Shown here one piece after another: positions 13,398-25,337 of a stretch of DNA of 64,000 nucleotides. The stretch covers positions 94,674,001-94,738,000 of the forward strand of contig OX597823.1 in the NCBI GenBank assembly GCA_951406725.2, given 5' to 3'. The DNA is from Octopus vulgaris (taxonomy: Eukaryota). The notes below the pieces were generated by a model that saw nothing but the letters and a program-made list of their open reading frames with translations, did no database searches and was not told the DNA's origin. Made by a program: the position numbers and the translations under genes. Position 1 is the first letter of the stretch; the number at the start of each line of letters is the position of its first letter.

Positions 13398-14683
13398 TAG
13401 ATGGTTTGATGGGGATTGGCAAGCCATAGAGCTGCACCAAACTCCAGGCTCTCTTGTCTGTTTTGGCTTGGTTCCTACAGCTGGAAGCCCTTCCAAATGC
13501 CAACCACTTTACAGTGTTCTGAGTGCTTTTTATGTGACACCAGCACTGACAGGGTCACCAAGTACCTTGTGCAGTAAAAACCCTTCAACTGGGAGTTGGG
13601 GCAGGGGAGTAGTATTCAGCAGAGTGGTTTTGTACCATCTGTGAGATTTAAGGTATCGAAGGGACAGATATAGGTGTCTCATAGAGTAGACAGCCATCAG
13701 AGATTCTGTGCATAGACGCCACCCCACACTACCACCTCACACACACATGTTCTTGTCCTGATGGATCCAGCTTTCACCCACTCTTTAGTACTAACTGACC
13801 CATGCTTGGCTGTCATTGGAATGGAACTTATTACTTCTGAGTCTTGTGGGGTCAGGTTCAGTCTCAGTGTGTGGTACCTTGGTAAGTGTCTTCGGCTGTA
13901 GTTCCAGGTCAACCCAATTCTTGCTGACAGAAAATCAAAAGAAGGCAGTCATGTATGGGTGTGGGTATCTGGCCAATTCATCTACAACCACACACACACA
14001 CATATACAAGCACACACACACACAGACAACCACACACACAGATAAATTGTTATAGACGAAATCACTTAGAACCATGAGTATGTGTTTATGTCTCTCCTTC
14101 TCTTGACATCATCCCATGGTTATAAATGAGTGTCACCCACATAGAAACTGTGTCTGTCGTTTCCAGTCTTCTTTAAAAGCATGTCTGGCCATGGAAAAAT
14201 TATTGGCTTGCTTGGAAACAGGCAAGAGTGGGTGACAGGAAGAGCATCCACCTACTGAAAATTTACCTCAACAAATTCTGTCTGATTCATGTGAACAGGG
14301 GAATTTGAATGTTAAATGATGATGATCATTATCTCTCACACACACACACACACACACAAATCAGCAGAAAGACTAGCCCTTTCCTTTCAGTTCCCTCATC
14401 TACCAATAGTTTGCTGTCTCACTACTTCAGCTTTGCATAGCAACCATGTCTCAAGGAGGTACTTCTAAATATTCTCTGCAGATAAATTTCATTTTATGGC
14501 TATTTTTTATTATCAGCTCATTGTCTTGTTAATAATATGGGCAATAAACTCACTCCTCGTTACTTAAGGTAAACAAGGTTTGGAACATGTGGTCGATTGT
14601 GTATGTATGTGTAGATGATTGAGTAGGTTTGTTTATTCATTTCAGTTGAAATAACTGAGCAGTTCTCAGTCATGTCTCAAAGT

Positions 14684-14865
14684 CAGTAATTCTCAACCAC
14701 AGTTCCCAGGGCCCCATGCAGCCTCACAGGCACCCTTCAAGCAGTCCCGGACAGTTTCCCTTCACAAATATAATAAAATATGTTTTACTATTTTTTTGGT
14801 GCAGCCCCCCAAAAAATCCAGGTTTTTATATCTGGCCCAGATACTAAAAAGGTTGAGAAACATTG
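14684..14865. mobile_element. hAT (Charlie-like) MITE; related fragments at 12463-12692 and ~39988-40145
   Basis: TIRs CAGTAATTCTCAACC / GGTTGAGAAACATTG. Confidence 0.6.
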
Positions 14866-15612
14866 TTATTCTGTTAGCCATCACAACAGATATCTTGGTG
14901 ATCTAATTAAATAGTTGCTGATGCTGTCTTTTGTGGTTTTTCAAAGCTATCAGTAATTAAATTATACTAATTAAAATTTGTTCCTCATTAAATTTATGCC
15001 ATTTAAAAGAATAAAAACATATTCATAATTAAAAGGATTGTATGTATGTATGTATACATACATACATACCTACCTACCTATATTGTTTGAACAGTGATTA
15101 ATTAAATGTAAATAATTAACATTAACCATTAGTATAAGTTATATTAATTGACATCACTGTATCATCATCATAATTGTTTTTACATCTACTTTTCCATGCT
15201 TGCATGCATCAGATGAGAACATATTGGGGCAGAGTTTTCTATGACTGGATGCCCTTCCTGTCCTCGACTCAACTGTTCCCAATCAAGATGATAATGTCAG
15301 TGTATCAAACTACAAACGACCTGGACAGGACATGCTTGTGTGGAGAACTGGAATCAAGCGATACTGGGATGAGCTTTTTCTGTTTACAGAGAGGGTGCAG
15401 CATGTTACGGTCGCATCAAGAAGCCTGGACATGTCTTTATAGGGAACTGCAAGTAAATGACATTGTTTGCAAAGCCAGGGTGTATAACCTGTGCGACACA
15501 TCTAGATGAGAGAAATATAAACTCACTCTTGCAAACACACACGTTTATATCTTCTTCATCATCATCATCGTTTAACATCTGTTTTTCCATGCTGGCATGG
15601 GTTGGACGGTCT

Positions 15613-15755
15613 AACTTTGCCCAGGCTATTCTTACTCTAGTTGCTACACTCTCAGAGCAACCACCCCCACTACAGACTTGGTCACCTAGGTAGCAGAAGC
15701 TGTTAACTACTTCTAGTTTCTTTCTCTGGCATGTGATGGAATCTGTTTTCTGTAC
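15613..15755 (-). pseudogene. RTE-clade LINE reverse-transcriptase fragment
   Basis: KTDSITCQRKKLEVVNSFCYLGDQVCSGGGCSESVATRVRIAWAK: RT domain-7 YLG motif plus the RTE-typical RIxxAW. Confidence 0.8.
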
Positions 15756-16164
15756 ATTCATATATATTATATATATATAAATACACACACACACACACAT
15801 TCATATATATATAATAATCGGTTAAGTAAACAGAAGATGGAATTGGTATAACTCTTTTGTATGATGATTGTCTCGACCCATCCTGCGACTGTCCCTTATG
15901 AGTGGGATGCTGTACATCATATTGTGTTGCATCAATCTTGCAGTCTGGGTCACGTCAGGTACATTTATACATAAAGTGGTGTCTGGCTAAAGATCTTGAG
16001 TTTGGACAGTCTTATTGAGTTTGGGCGGTCATGTTGCTATTTGCCCATTTCAGTTAGGGAATAGGGCATTGCTACGATTGTCCTTATTCTTAAATGTCCG
16101 TAACAAATAATATAAACTGGAGACAAGAAAGGAAATAAAGAGAAGTCTTTTTTTATCGGAATTA

Positions 16165-16477
16165 TGGAGATGTACTTGCATAGCAAGTGACCTGATCTGA
16201 GATTGCATGTTGAAACAAAAGCAATTACAGCGTGGAAGGTGTTTATAAGCCATTTAAAAACACACAAAAGCCTTTAGATTCACTTCAACATTTAAATTTA
16301 ATTTGTCCAAATATTTGTATGGCTTTGAAACCGCGACCTATGGAATTTTATTTGTGAACAGGTCACAGTTTCAAAGCAACAAAAATATTTTGACAAATTA
16401 AATTTAAATATTGAAGTGAATCTAAAGGCTTTTGTGTGTTTTTAAATGGCTTATAAACACCTTCCAGACTGCAATTG
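16165..16477. mobile_element. Fold-back element, arms 16221-16339 / 16360-16477; single-arm relative at 48541-48738
   Basis: ~120-bp reverse-complement arms around a ~20-bp loop. Confidence 0.8.
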
Positions 16478-17273
16478 TCTTTTTTTTAAAAGGGATAAAA
16501 AAAAGATTTTTTTTCTTTTTTTTTTTGTCCATTTTTGTGGATGGTTTGAAATGCTTGTCATACAAAATAAAAAGTTATACTAATTCCACCTGCTGTTTAC
16601 TTAACCAATTATCTCAACTAACACTGGAATTTCTGAAGTAGATCCAAAGGAAATATACCCCAACTGTGGATGACACCAGGTAACCCAGGCAGTGCTTTAA
16701 TCAACACCTCAGCACACTAATTGATGTATACGCATTAATCCAGGCTCCTGTGCAGGTGGCACATAAAAAGCACCATTCAAGCGTGGCCGTTGCCAGTACC
16801 GCCTGACTGGCCCTAATGCTAACCACTCAGAGTGGTTGGCATTAGGAAGGGCATCCAGCTGTAGAAACTCTACTAGATCAGATTGAAGTCTGTTGCAGCC
16901 ATCTGGCTTGCCAGTCCTCAGTCAAACTGTCCAACCCATGCCAGCATGGAAAGCGAACGTTAAACAATGGTGATGATGATATATATACATATATAAACTA
17001 CTGACTGGCACTCAATCAGTTACGATGACGAGTGTTCCAGTTGATCCTTTCAGTGAAACAGCCTCCTCGTGAAATTAATGTGTAAGTGGCTGAGTACTCC
17101 ATAGTCACATGTAGCCTTAAAATTGTTCTCAGGGAGATTCAGTGTGATACAGAATGGGACAAGGCTGGCCCTTTTGTAATTACAGGTACTGCTCATTTTT
17201 GCCAGCTGAGTGGACCGGAGCCATGCGAAATAAAGTGTCTTGCTCAAGGACATAATGTGCCACTGGGTATTAA

Positions 17274-17479
17274 CCCTTTCGTTACTGTATTTTGAGATGT
17301 TCTGTGTTTCTTTTTCAATTTTAGATATAACAAAGAATTTAGCAATACGACTTAGTTATTAAGCTAGTGTTAGGGACATAAATTGTGACTAAGGTTTGGT
17401 GGAAGATTTTAATTCAGAACTTTTGAAAACAAGACATTTGTACTCAGGGCCAGTTTCAGCCAGGTTGGTATCAAAAGGG
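17274..17479. mobile_element. piggyBac-type MITE with TTAA target-site duplication; copies at ~18756-18979, 19004-19217 and 22980-23204
   Basis: TTAA|CCCTTTCG...AAAAGGG|TTAA, interrupting a SINE head. Confidence 0.8.
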
Positions 17480-19992
17480 TTAAACTTGTGACCTTATCAT
17501 TATGGACTGAACATCTCTAACCACTAAACAATATGTCTTCATGATACACACATGCACGTACGTGCGCATGCGTACACACATACACACACACACACAGTTC
17601 CTTTCAGTTTTTGTCTACCAATTCCACTCAGAAGACATTTGACCAAGATGCCTGTCCCTGAAATTGAACCTAAAACCATGTGGTTGGGAAGCAACATTTC
17701 TTAGCCATGCAACCTTGCCTACATCTATGTATAATGTAAATGGACCACCTCGGCTATAATTGGTTCTTTCATCAGGCTAATGACCATCATTAATTCCACC
17801 CCTCCCAATAACAGTAGAATGCATTTTATCAGACCACATTTTTGATTTGCTCATTGCCTGAGCCACAGGGTTTGTTGATCCCTGTTTCAGCTGAATATTT
17901 GTGTCCACTGAAATGCACACACACACACACACACATACCTATTTCTTTGTAATGCCATAATCAATGTAAAGTGTCATAGGTTGAAAGAGAAGAGGGTGAT
18001 AAAATATAGAGGGAGGAGGAGAAGGGAAAGTGGTGAAATTTTATGAAGTGAAGGGGAGGATTGTATTAAGAGGTGTTAACAGAGTGCAGGTGTGTAGCCT
18101 AGTGGTGGCGGGTGTTGCACTCATGATTGCAAGGTCACAGTTTCAATTCCCAGACCTGGCAGTGTATTGTGCCGTTGAGTAAAACACTTCATTTCTCTTT
18201 CGCTCCAGTCCTTATGTTGAACTGGTGTCCCCATTCAAGGGGAATATTGCTATCTCAGTCACTTGTTTGGTGTGGAAAGTGGTTAATTGGCCCTATGAGT
18301 ACTAGCAAGGGAGATAATTTCCAGGGGTTGGTGATAACGATGTAAAAATAGAGGAAAGAGATCAAAGGAGCAGAAGGGAAGGAAACCATGAAGATGGTTG
18401 TGCAAGGTTCGATGGCATTGAGTTGGAACGAAAAAAGAATATAAAAAGCCCTGGTAATGGTGCCACATAAAAAGCAGTGGTGTTGCAAAGAAAGCAGTGC
18501 TGATGGTGCCATGTAAAAAGTAAAAAAGTAGCTAGTCCACTCTGTAAAGTAGTTCATGTTAGGAAGGCACCCAGCCATAGAAATAAAATCTAAACAGACA
18601 ATTCGAGCCTGGTGCAGTTCTAACCATCCAACCCATGCCAGCATGGAAAACAGACATTAAATGATGATGATGAAGAGGAGGAGATAGATTAGGGTTGGTT
18701 GACTGCCAAGAGATAAGAATCTTCTGATTGGAAAATTTAACACTTCAGTATTTGACCCTTTCTTTACCAACCCTACCTGAAACTGCCTCTTGCTCTGTAG
18801 TACAAATGTCTTGTTTACATAAGTTCTGAATTAAAATCTTCCACCAAACCTTAGTCACAGTTTATGTTCCTAACACTAAGCTTAATGATAACTAAGTTAT
18901 TTTACTAAATTCTTTGTTATATTTAAAATTAATTGAAAGAAACACAGAACATCTCAACTGAAATATGGTAACAAAAGGGTTAAAGTCACCATGATATTTT
19001 TAACCCTTTCAATATCAACCTGGCTGAAACCGCCTCTGGCTCTATTGTATAAATGTCTTGTTTTCATAAGTTTTGAATTAAAATCTTCCACCAAACCTTA
19101 GTCACAATTCATGTTCCTAACACTATCTTAATGATAAGTAAGTCATTTTACTTTGTTATATTTAGAATAATTGAAAGAAACACAGAGCATCTCAACAAAA
19201 ATATGGTAATGAAAGGGTTAAACCAACTAGATCCAGCCTCTCACACCTGTCCTGCAATGTCATCCTAAAAATAATCACATTTAAATTTCAAAACTTTAAG
19301 ACAATGTGAATAAATAAGCTTCACACTTGACAGGAGTAATCTGAATGTGAATGATTTAAGGGTCAATTGTTGATAGCCTGGCACTGGACTTAGCTGTATT
19401 AGAAGATAAAGGTCAAAACAGTAAACACCTTACACATCTGGGTTCAAGTTTTCCTTTGAGTCTGGAGTAGCTGACAAGAAACCACACTCCTGTTTATCCA
19501 TCCTTCTCATCATCATCATACATCCATTTTTCCATGCTGGCATGGGTTGGATGGGTTAACAGGAGCTGGTAACCAAGGGAGCTACACCAGACTCTATTGT
19601 CTGTTTTGGCATGGTTTCTACAGCTGGATGCCCTTCCTAATGCCAACCACTTTACAGAGTGTACTGGGTGCTTTTTATGTGGTACCTTTCAGTGTATTAA
19701 AAAGCAAAAAAAAAAGAAGAAAAAAAAGTTAAAATCCTGTGAAGTATTCAGTTGTTCTGTCCTTTTGTGATGTTATTATCAACAATGTTGTATGAAAGTA
19801 TGACATCAACATTTATCTTACTGATAGCAATTTCTTTCCTAAACTTCATCAGTTTGCAAAGACATCTGCTATCTTGATCAGTATTTCAACTTTGGACACA
19901 AATTAAAGATAATTATTCTACCAAGTTCCAAAGTTCATTTCTGAGTGTTGGGGGGAAACAGTACTTTGTGTATACTTTTTACTTACTTTTAC

Positions 19993-20191
19993 TTTTACTT
20001 GTTTCAGTCATTTGACTGCGGCCATGCTGGAGCATCGCCTTTAGTCGAGCAAATCGACCCCGGGACTTATTCTTTGTAAGCCCAGTACTTATTCTATCGG
20101 TTTCTTTTTGCCGAACCGCTAAGTGACGGGGACGTAAACACACCAGCATCGGTTGTCAAGCAATGCTAGGGGGACAAACACAGACACACAA

Positions 20192-20224
<33 letters not shown>

Positions 20225-20399
20225 CATACATACATACGACAGGCCTCTTTCAGTTTCCGTCTACCAAATCCACTCACAAGGCTTTGGTCGGCCCGAGGCT
20301 ATAGTAGAAGACATTTGCCCAAGATGCCACGCAGTGGGACTGAACCCGGAACCATGTAGTTCATAAGCAAGCTACTTACCACACAGCCACTCCTGCGCC
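19993..20399 (-). mobile_element. Full-length tRNA-derived SINE with internal (TA/CA)n; forms an inverted pair with the copy at 21622-22045
   Basis: Head GGCGCAGGAGTGGCTGTGTGGTAAG...GGTTCAGTCCC, core gcatcttgggcaaatgtcttc, tail atgactgaaacaagtaaaag. Confidence 0.85.
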
Positions 20400-20717
20400 T
20401 ATGTGTGTGTTTCTCAATTTTTTTTCTTTCTTCCCCTGTTCTGTGTACAAAAACTTAAATTTTATTTGTGATGCAGACATAGGTGTGTGGTTAAGAAACT
20501 TGCTTTGCAAACATTTGGATTCAGATTCAGTCCCACCATGTGGACACCTCGGGCAGGATCTTCTACTATGGCCTGATTGATAAAAGCCTTGCACATGGAT
20601 TTGGTAGACCAAGGCTGAAAGAAGCCCATCGTAATATAAAATTGTCTGTCTGTCTGTCTGCATCATCACCATTTTCATCATTATCCTTTAATGTCTGTTT
20701 TCCATGCTGGATGGATA

Positions 20718-20765
<48 letters not shown>

Positions 20766-20785
20766 TAGATAGATAGATAGATAGA

Positions 20786-21010
20786 TATTCTGTTGTCTGG
20801 GGAGAGTCATTTTCTTTTTGTGCCTTATAATGTAACATACTCAACGGTAAAAGTTTCCACTTTTTTCTTATTTTTATTTTCCTAAAATTTTCATTGTGTC
20901 TTGCAACCTTTATAAAAATAAAAATTTAAAAAGTGGAAATTTTTACCAGTGAGTGTGTTACATTATAAAGCATAAAAAGAAAATGACTCTCCTCAGACAC
21001 AACAGAATAT
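20786..21010. mobile_element. Fold-back AT-rich element inserted in (TA)n; related fragment at 36390-36512
   Basis: ~95-bp reverse-complement arms (tattctgttgtctggggagagtcatt... / ...aatgactctcctcagacacaacagaata). Confidence 0.75.
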
Positions 21011-21220
21011 ACTTGAACACACAAAATCATATAAAGAATCTTGCAAACCAAATCCAAAAACGAAATATATATATACATACATGTATATACATGTATATAT
21101 ATATATTTGTTAAAGAGGACAACAAACGTTAAGGCAAGGCAAACATCTCAAGTTGTATACATTATTATTATTGGGAAAAATTAGATCACCTGTGAATTAA
21201 ACACCCATATTTTGTATATA

Positions 21221-21274
<54 letters not shown>

Positions 21275-21434
21275 GAATTTACAAAAAAACAAAAGATGAA
21301 GAGAGATGTGTAAACATCAAACAGATGTATTAGTTTAACGCTCAGGAAGGTGAGAAAGTCTTTTATGTTTCGAGCCCAAACTCTTAAACAGAAAGGAACA
21401 CAGAAAGAAACCGGGAAAGAAAATAGAAAAAGGT

Positions 21435-21491
<57 letters not shown>

Positions 21492-21621
21492 ATTATATTA
21501 GTAAATGAGAAAATGGATTTGGTATTAAACTTTATTCTGTGCAACATTCATTTTGACCCATCCTGCTATTGACATTTATTTGTTGGACTTTGTTCAACAT
21601 GTGTTTCATCGTAATAATATA

Positions 21622-21783
21622 GGCACAGGAGTGGCTTTGTGGTAAGTAGCTTGCTTACAAACCACATGGTTCCGGGTTCAGTACCACAGTGTGGCACCTT
21701 GGGCAAGTGTCTTCTACAATAGCCTCGGGCCAACCAAAGCCTTGTGAGTGGAGTTGGTAGACGGAAACTGAAAGAAACCCATC

Positions 21784-21848
<65 letters not shown>

Positions 21849-22045
21849 CGTATGTATATGTTTGTGTTTGTCCCCCCAACATTGCTTGACAACCGATGCT
21901 GGTGTGTTTATGTCCCCGTAACTTAGTGAGACCGATAGAATAAGTGCTAGGCTTACAAAGAATAAGTCCTGGGGTCGATTTGCTCGACTAAAGGTGGTGC
22001 TCCAGCATGGTCACAGTCAAATGACTGAAAAAGGGTAAAAGAGAG
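21622..22045 (+). mobile_element. Full-length tRNA-derived SINE (same family also at 29003-29380 and 34922-35325, plus many partial copies)
   Basis: A/B-box-like head, gcaccttgggcaagtgtcttc core, (TG)n, conserved tail. Confidence 0.85.
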
Positions 22046-24952
22046 AGTATATATATGTAAAAAGCACCATCCAAATGTGGTTGATGTCAGCCCCCCCCCC
22101 CCTCGCGCCCTGACTGGCTCCTGTGCCAGCAGCTCATATAAAACACCATCTGAATATGGCTGATGCCAGTGCCACCTGACTGGCTCTCATGCCAGTGGCA
22201 CGTAAAAAGCACCCACTACACTCTCGGAGTGGTTGGCATTAGGATGGGCATTCCAGCTGTAGAAACACTGCCAGATTTAGATTGGACCCTGGTGCAGCCT
22301 CCTGGCTTGCCAGTCCCCAATCAAACCGTCCAACCCATGCCAGCATGGAAAGCGGATGTTAAACAATGATGATGATGATATATACTGTGCAAAGATAAGA
22401 GCTACTAATAGTTTCTTGTTATGAAGACATGTGACTTGGCAGATTTTGGTTCTTGTGCCTCCAAGCAATCTTTAGGTTCTGAAGATTACTTGAAGACACA
22501 GGGAAACTGAAAGAATCCTGTTGCATATGTGTGTCTGTGTTTGTTGCCCACCACCGCCACTTAATAACTGGTGCTGGTTTGTTTAAATCCTTGTAAAATA
22601 GCAGTTCAGCAAAATAGATTGATAGAATAAGTTTCAAGGTTTTGAAAAAAAAGAAAGTTACTGTGATCAATTCATTTGACTAAAAAAAAAAAATGATTGA
22701 TGGTGATACTCCAGCATGGCTGCAGTCTTATAACTAAAACAAAAGATTAAAGATTAAAGATCTGTGACTGAGATCCCCTGCATTCCCTTGAATAGGCTGC
22801 CAGGTCATCATGGTTTATTTATTTACAGTTGAGTGAACTCAAGCCACATGCAACATTTTGCATAGCCTGGACTGGGAATTGAAACCATGGTCTTGCAATC
22901 ATGAGTGTAATACCCTAACCACTAAGTCATGTGCTTCACCAAGGGTCAGGTGGGGATATTAAACCAGGTGACATATTAACCTTTTTGATACCACCAACCT
23001 GGCTGAAACCACCTCTGGCTCTGAGTACAAATGTCTTGTTTTTATAAGTTTCGAATTAAAATCTTCCACCAAACCTTAGTCACAATTTATGTTCCTAACA
23101 CTAAGCTTAATGATAACTAAGTTATTTTACTAAATTCTTTGTGATGTTTAAAATTAATTGAAAGAAACACAGAGCATCTCAACAGAAATATGGTAACAAA
23201 AGGGTTAAAGTCACCATGATATTTTTAAGCTTACCACCAACAACTGATATGGCCCATTTGAAATGCTCCTGTGCAGTTTCCATCTTTAGTTTCTTTGACA
23301 GAACTTGGGTCAACCTGCTGTTATAATAGAAGACATTGGCCAAAGGTGCCTTACATTGGTATTGAACTTACAGCTGTGACTGTAAAGCAAACTCATTAAC
23401 CCCATAGCCATGCCTGTGTCTTTGATCAGTGATTTTTAATTAATTAACCTTGATCAAGTGCTTCTTAACCTAACATGTTTTAAATCTCTGAAATTACATG
23501 TCCGTACAAGAGTCCAGCGTATTGCTCTGTTTCTTTCTTTTCTCCCCACTCCCTTTCTCTTTTTGTTTCAGTAATTAAACTATGACCATGCTGGGGCATT
23601 GCCTTGAAGACTTTTTAGTCAGACAAATTGATCCCAGGACTTCTTTTAAAAGCCTGGTACTTTATCGATTTCTTTCTTGCTGAACCACTAAATTATGGAG
23701 ATGTAAACAAACCAACACCAGTTGTCAAGCACAGGCTGGGGATAAACAAAGACACACAGTCATATAAATATATAAAAAATATATATATATATATATATTC
23801 TTTTATTCTTTTACTTGTTTCAGTCATTTGACTATGTATGTATGTATGTGTGTCATTTGACTATGTATGTATGTGTGTGAGTGAGTGTTTGTGTGTCTGT
23901 GTTTGTCCACCCACCATCGTTTGACAACCGATGTTGGTGTGTTTACGTCCCCGTAACTTAGTGGTTTAGCAACCACATGGTCCCGAGTTCAGTCCCACTG
24001 CGTGGCACCTTGGGCAAGTGTCTTCTACTATAGACCTTGGTCAACCAAATCCTTGTGAGTGGATTTGGTAGATGGAAACTGAAAGAAGCCTGTCGTATAT
24101 ATATATATATATGTGTGTGAGTGTTTATGTGTCTGTGTTTATCCCTCCACCATCGCTTGACAACCAATGTTGGTGTGTTTACATTCTTGTAAATTAGTGG
24201 TTTGGCAAAAAGAGACCGATAGAATAAGTACTAGGCTTACAAAGAATAAATTCTGGGGTCGATTTGTTTAACTAAAAAGGCGGTAATCCGGCACATAAAC
24301 ACTCACACACACCACACGCACACACACATATATATATATATATACGACAGGCTTCTTTCAATTTCCATCTACCAAATCCACTCACAAGGATTTGGTTGAC
24401 CAAGGTCTATAGTAGAAGACACTTGCCCAAGGTGCCACGCAGTGGGACTGAACTCGGGACCATGTGGTTGCTAAACCGCTAAGTTACGGGGACGTAAACA
24501 CACCAACATCGGTTGTCAAGCGATGGTGGGGGGGGACAAACACAGACACATAAACACTCACTCACACACATACATACATACACACACACACACGATGGGC
24601 TTCTTTCAGTTTCTGTCTCCCAAATTCACTCACAAAGGCTATGGTTAGCCCAAGGCAATAGAAAAAGGCACCAAGGTGCCACGTGGTGTGACTGAACCCA
24701 GGACCATATGGTTGGGAAGTGAATTTCTTACCACACAGCCTCAGCTGCACCTTGTTTGTACTTTCTGAAATTTTAAAAGATGAAAAGCTCACAAAGCTGC
24801 AGTAAACCCTATAGTGATGTAGGGTCCCCTCTTCTGCAGAATTGGGGGCTGATGGGAAATATTAGGGTTTTCATTTCGCTTCTTTTAGAAGCAAGGAGAA
24901 GTTCACCCTTGGATTATGCAGATTTGTACTGGGCTGGTTCTACTGATTAATC

Positions 24953-24955
<3 letters not shown>

Positions 24956-24995
<40 letters not shown>

Positions 24996-25304
24996 AATCA
25001 ATCAATCTCTCTCTCTCTTTCCTACTCACCCTCTCTATCCCCTCTCATTCACTCTCTCTCTCTCTCTCTCTCTTCTCTTTCTCTCACTCTCTCCCTTCTC
25101 TATAGAGATTTGACAATTAATAAAGCCAACATTTTTTTTTTTTTACTTGGTTTCAAGTAAATTATTTAAGAAAATAGGGTTAGGGGTTAGCATTGCACAA
25201 CACCTTCCTCCTTCTCTGTCTGTCTCTTTCTGTCACAAGCACATTCCCCCTCCTCTCTCTCTCCCTCCTCTCTCTCCACTTCTCTCTCTCCTCTCTCTCT
25301 CTTC

Positions 25305-25336
<32 letters not shown>
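24956..25336. repeat. (CT)n / polypyrimidine tracts
   Basis: Directly visible. Confidence 0.95.

Positions 25337-25337
<1 letters not shown>

Noticed and set aside
25175-25190. Telomere-like TAGGGTTAGGGGTTAG
   Set aside because: Only about two imperfect units; not an interstitial telomeric array.
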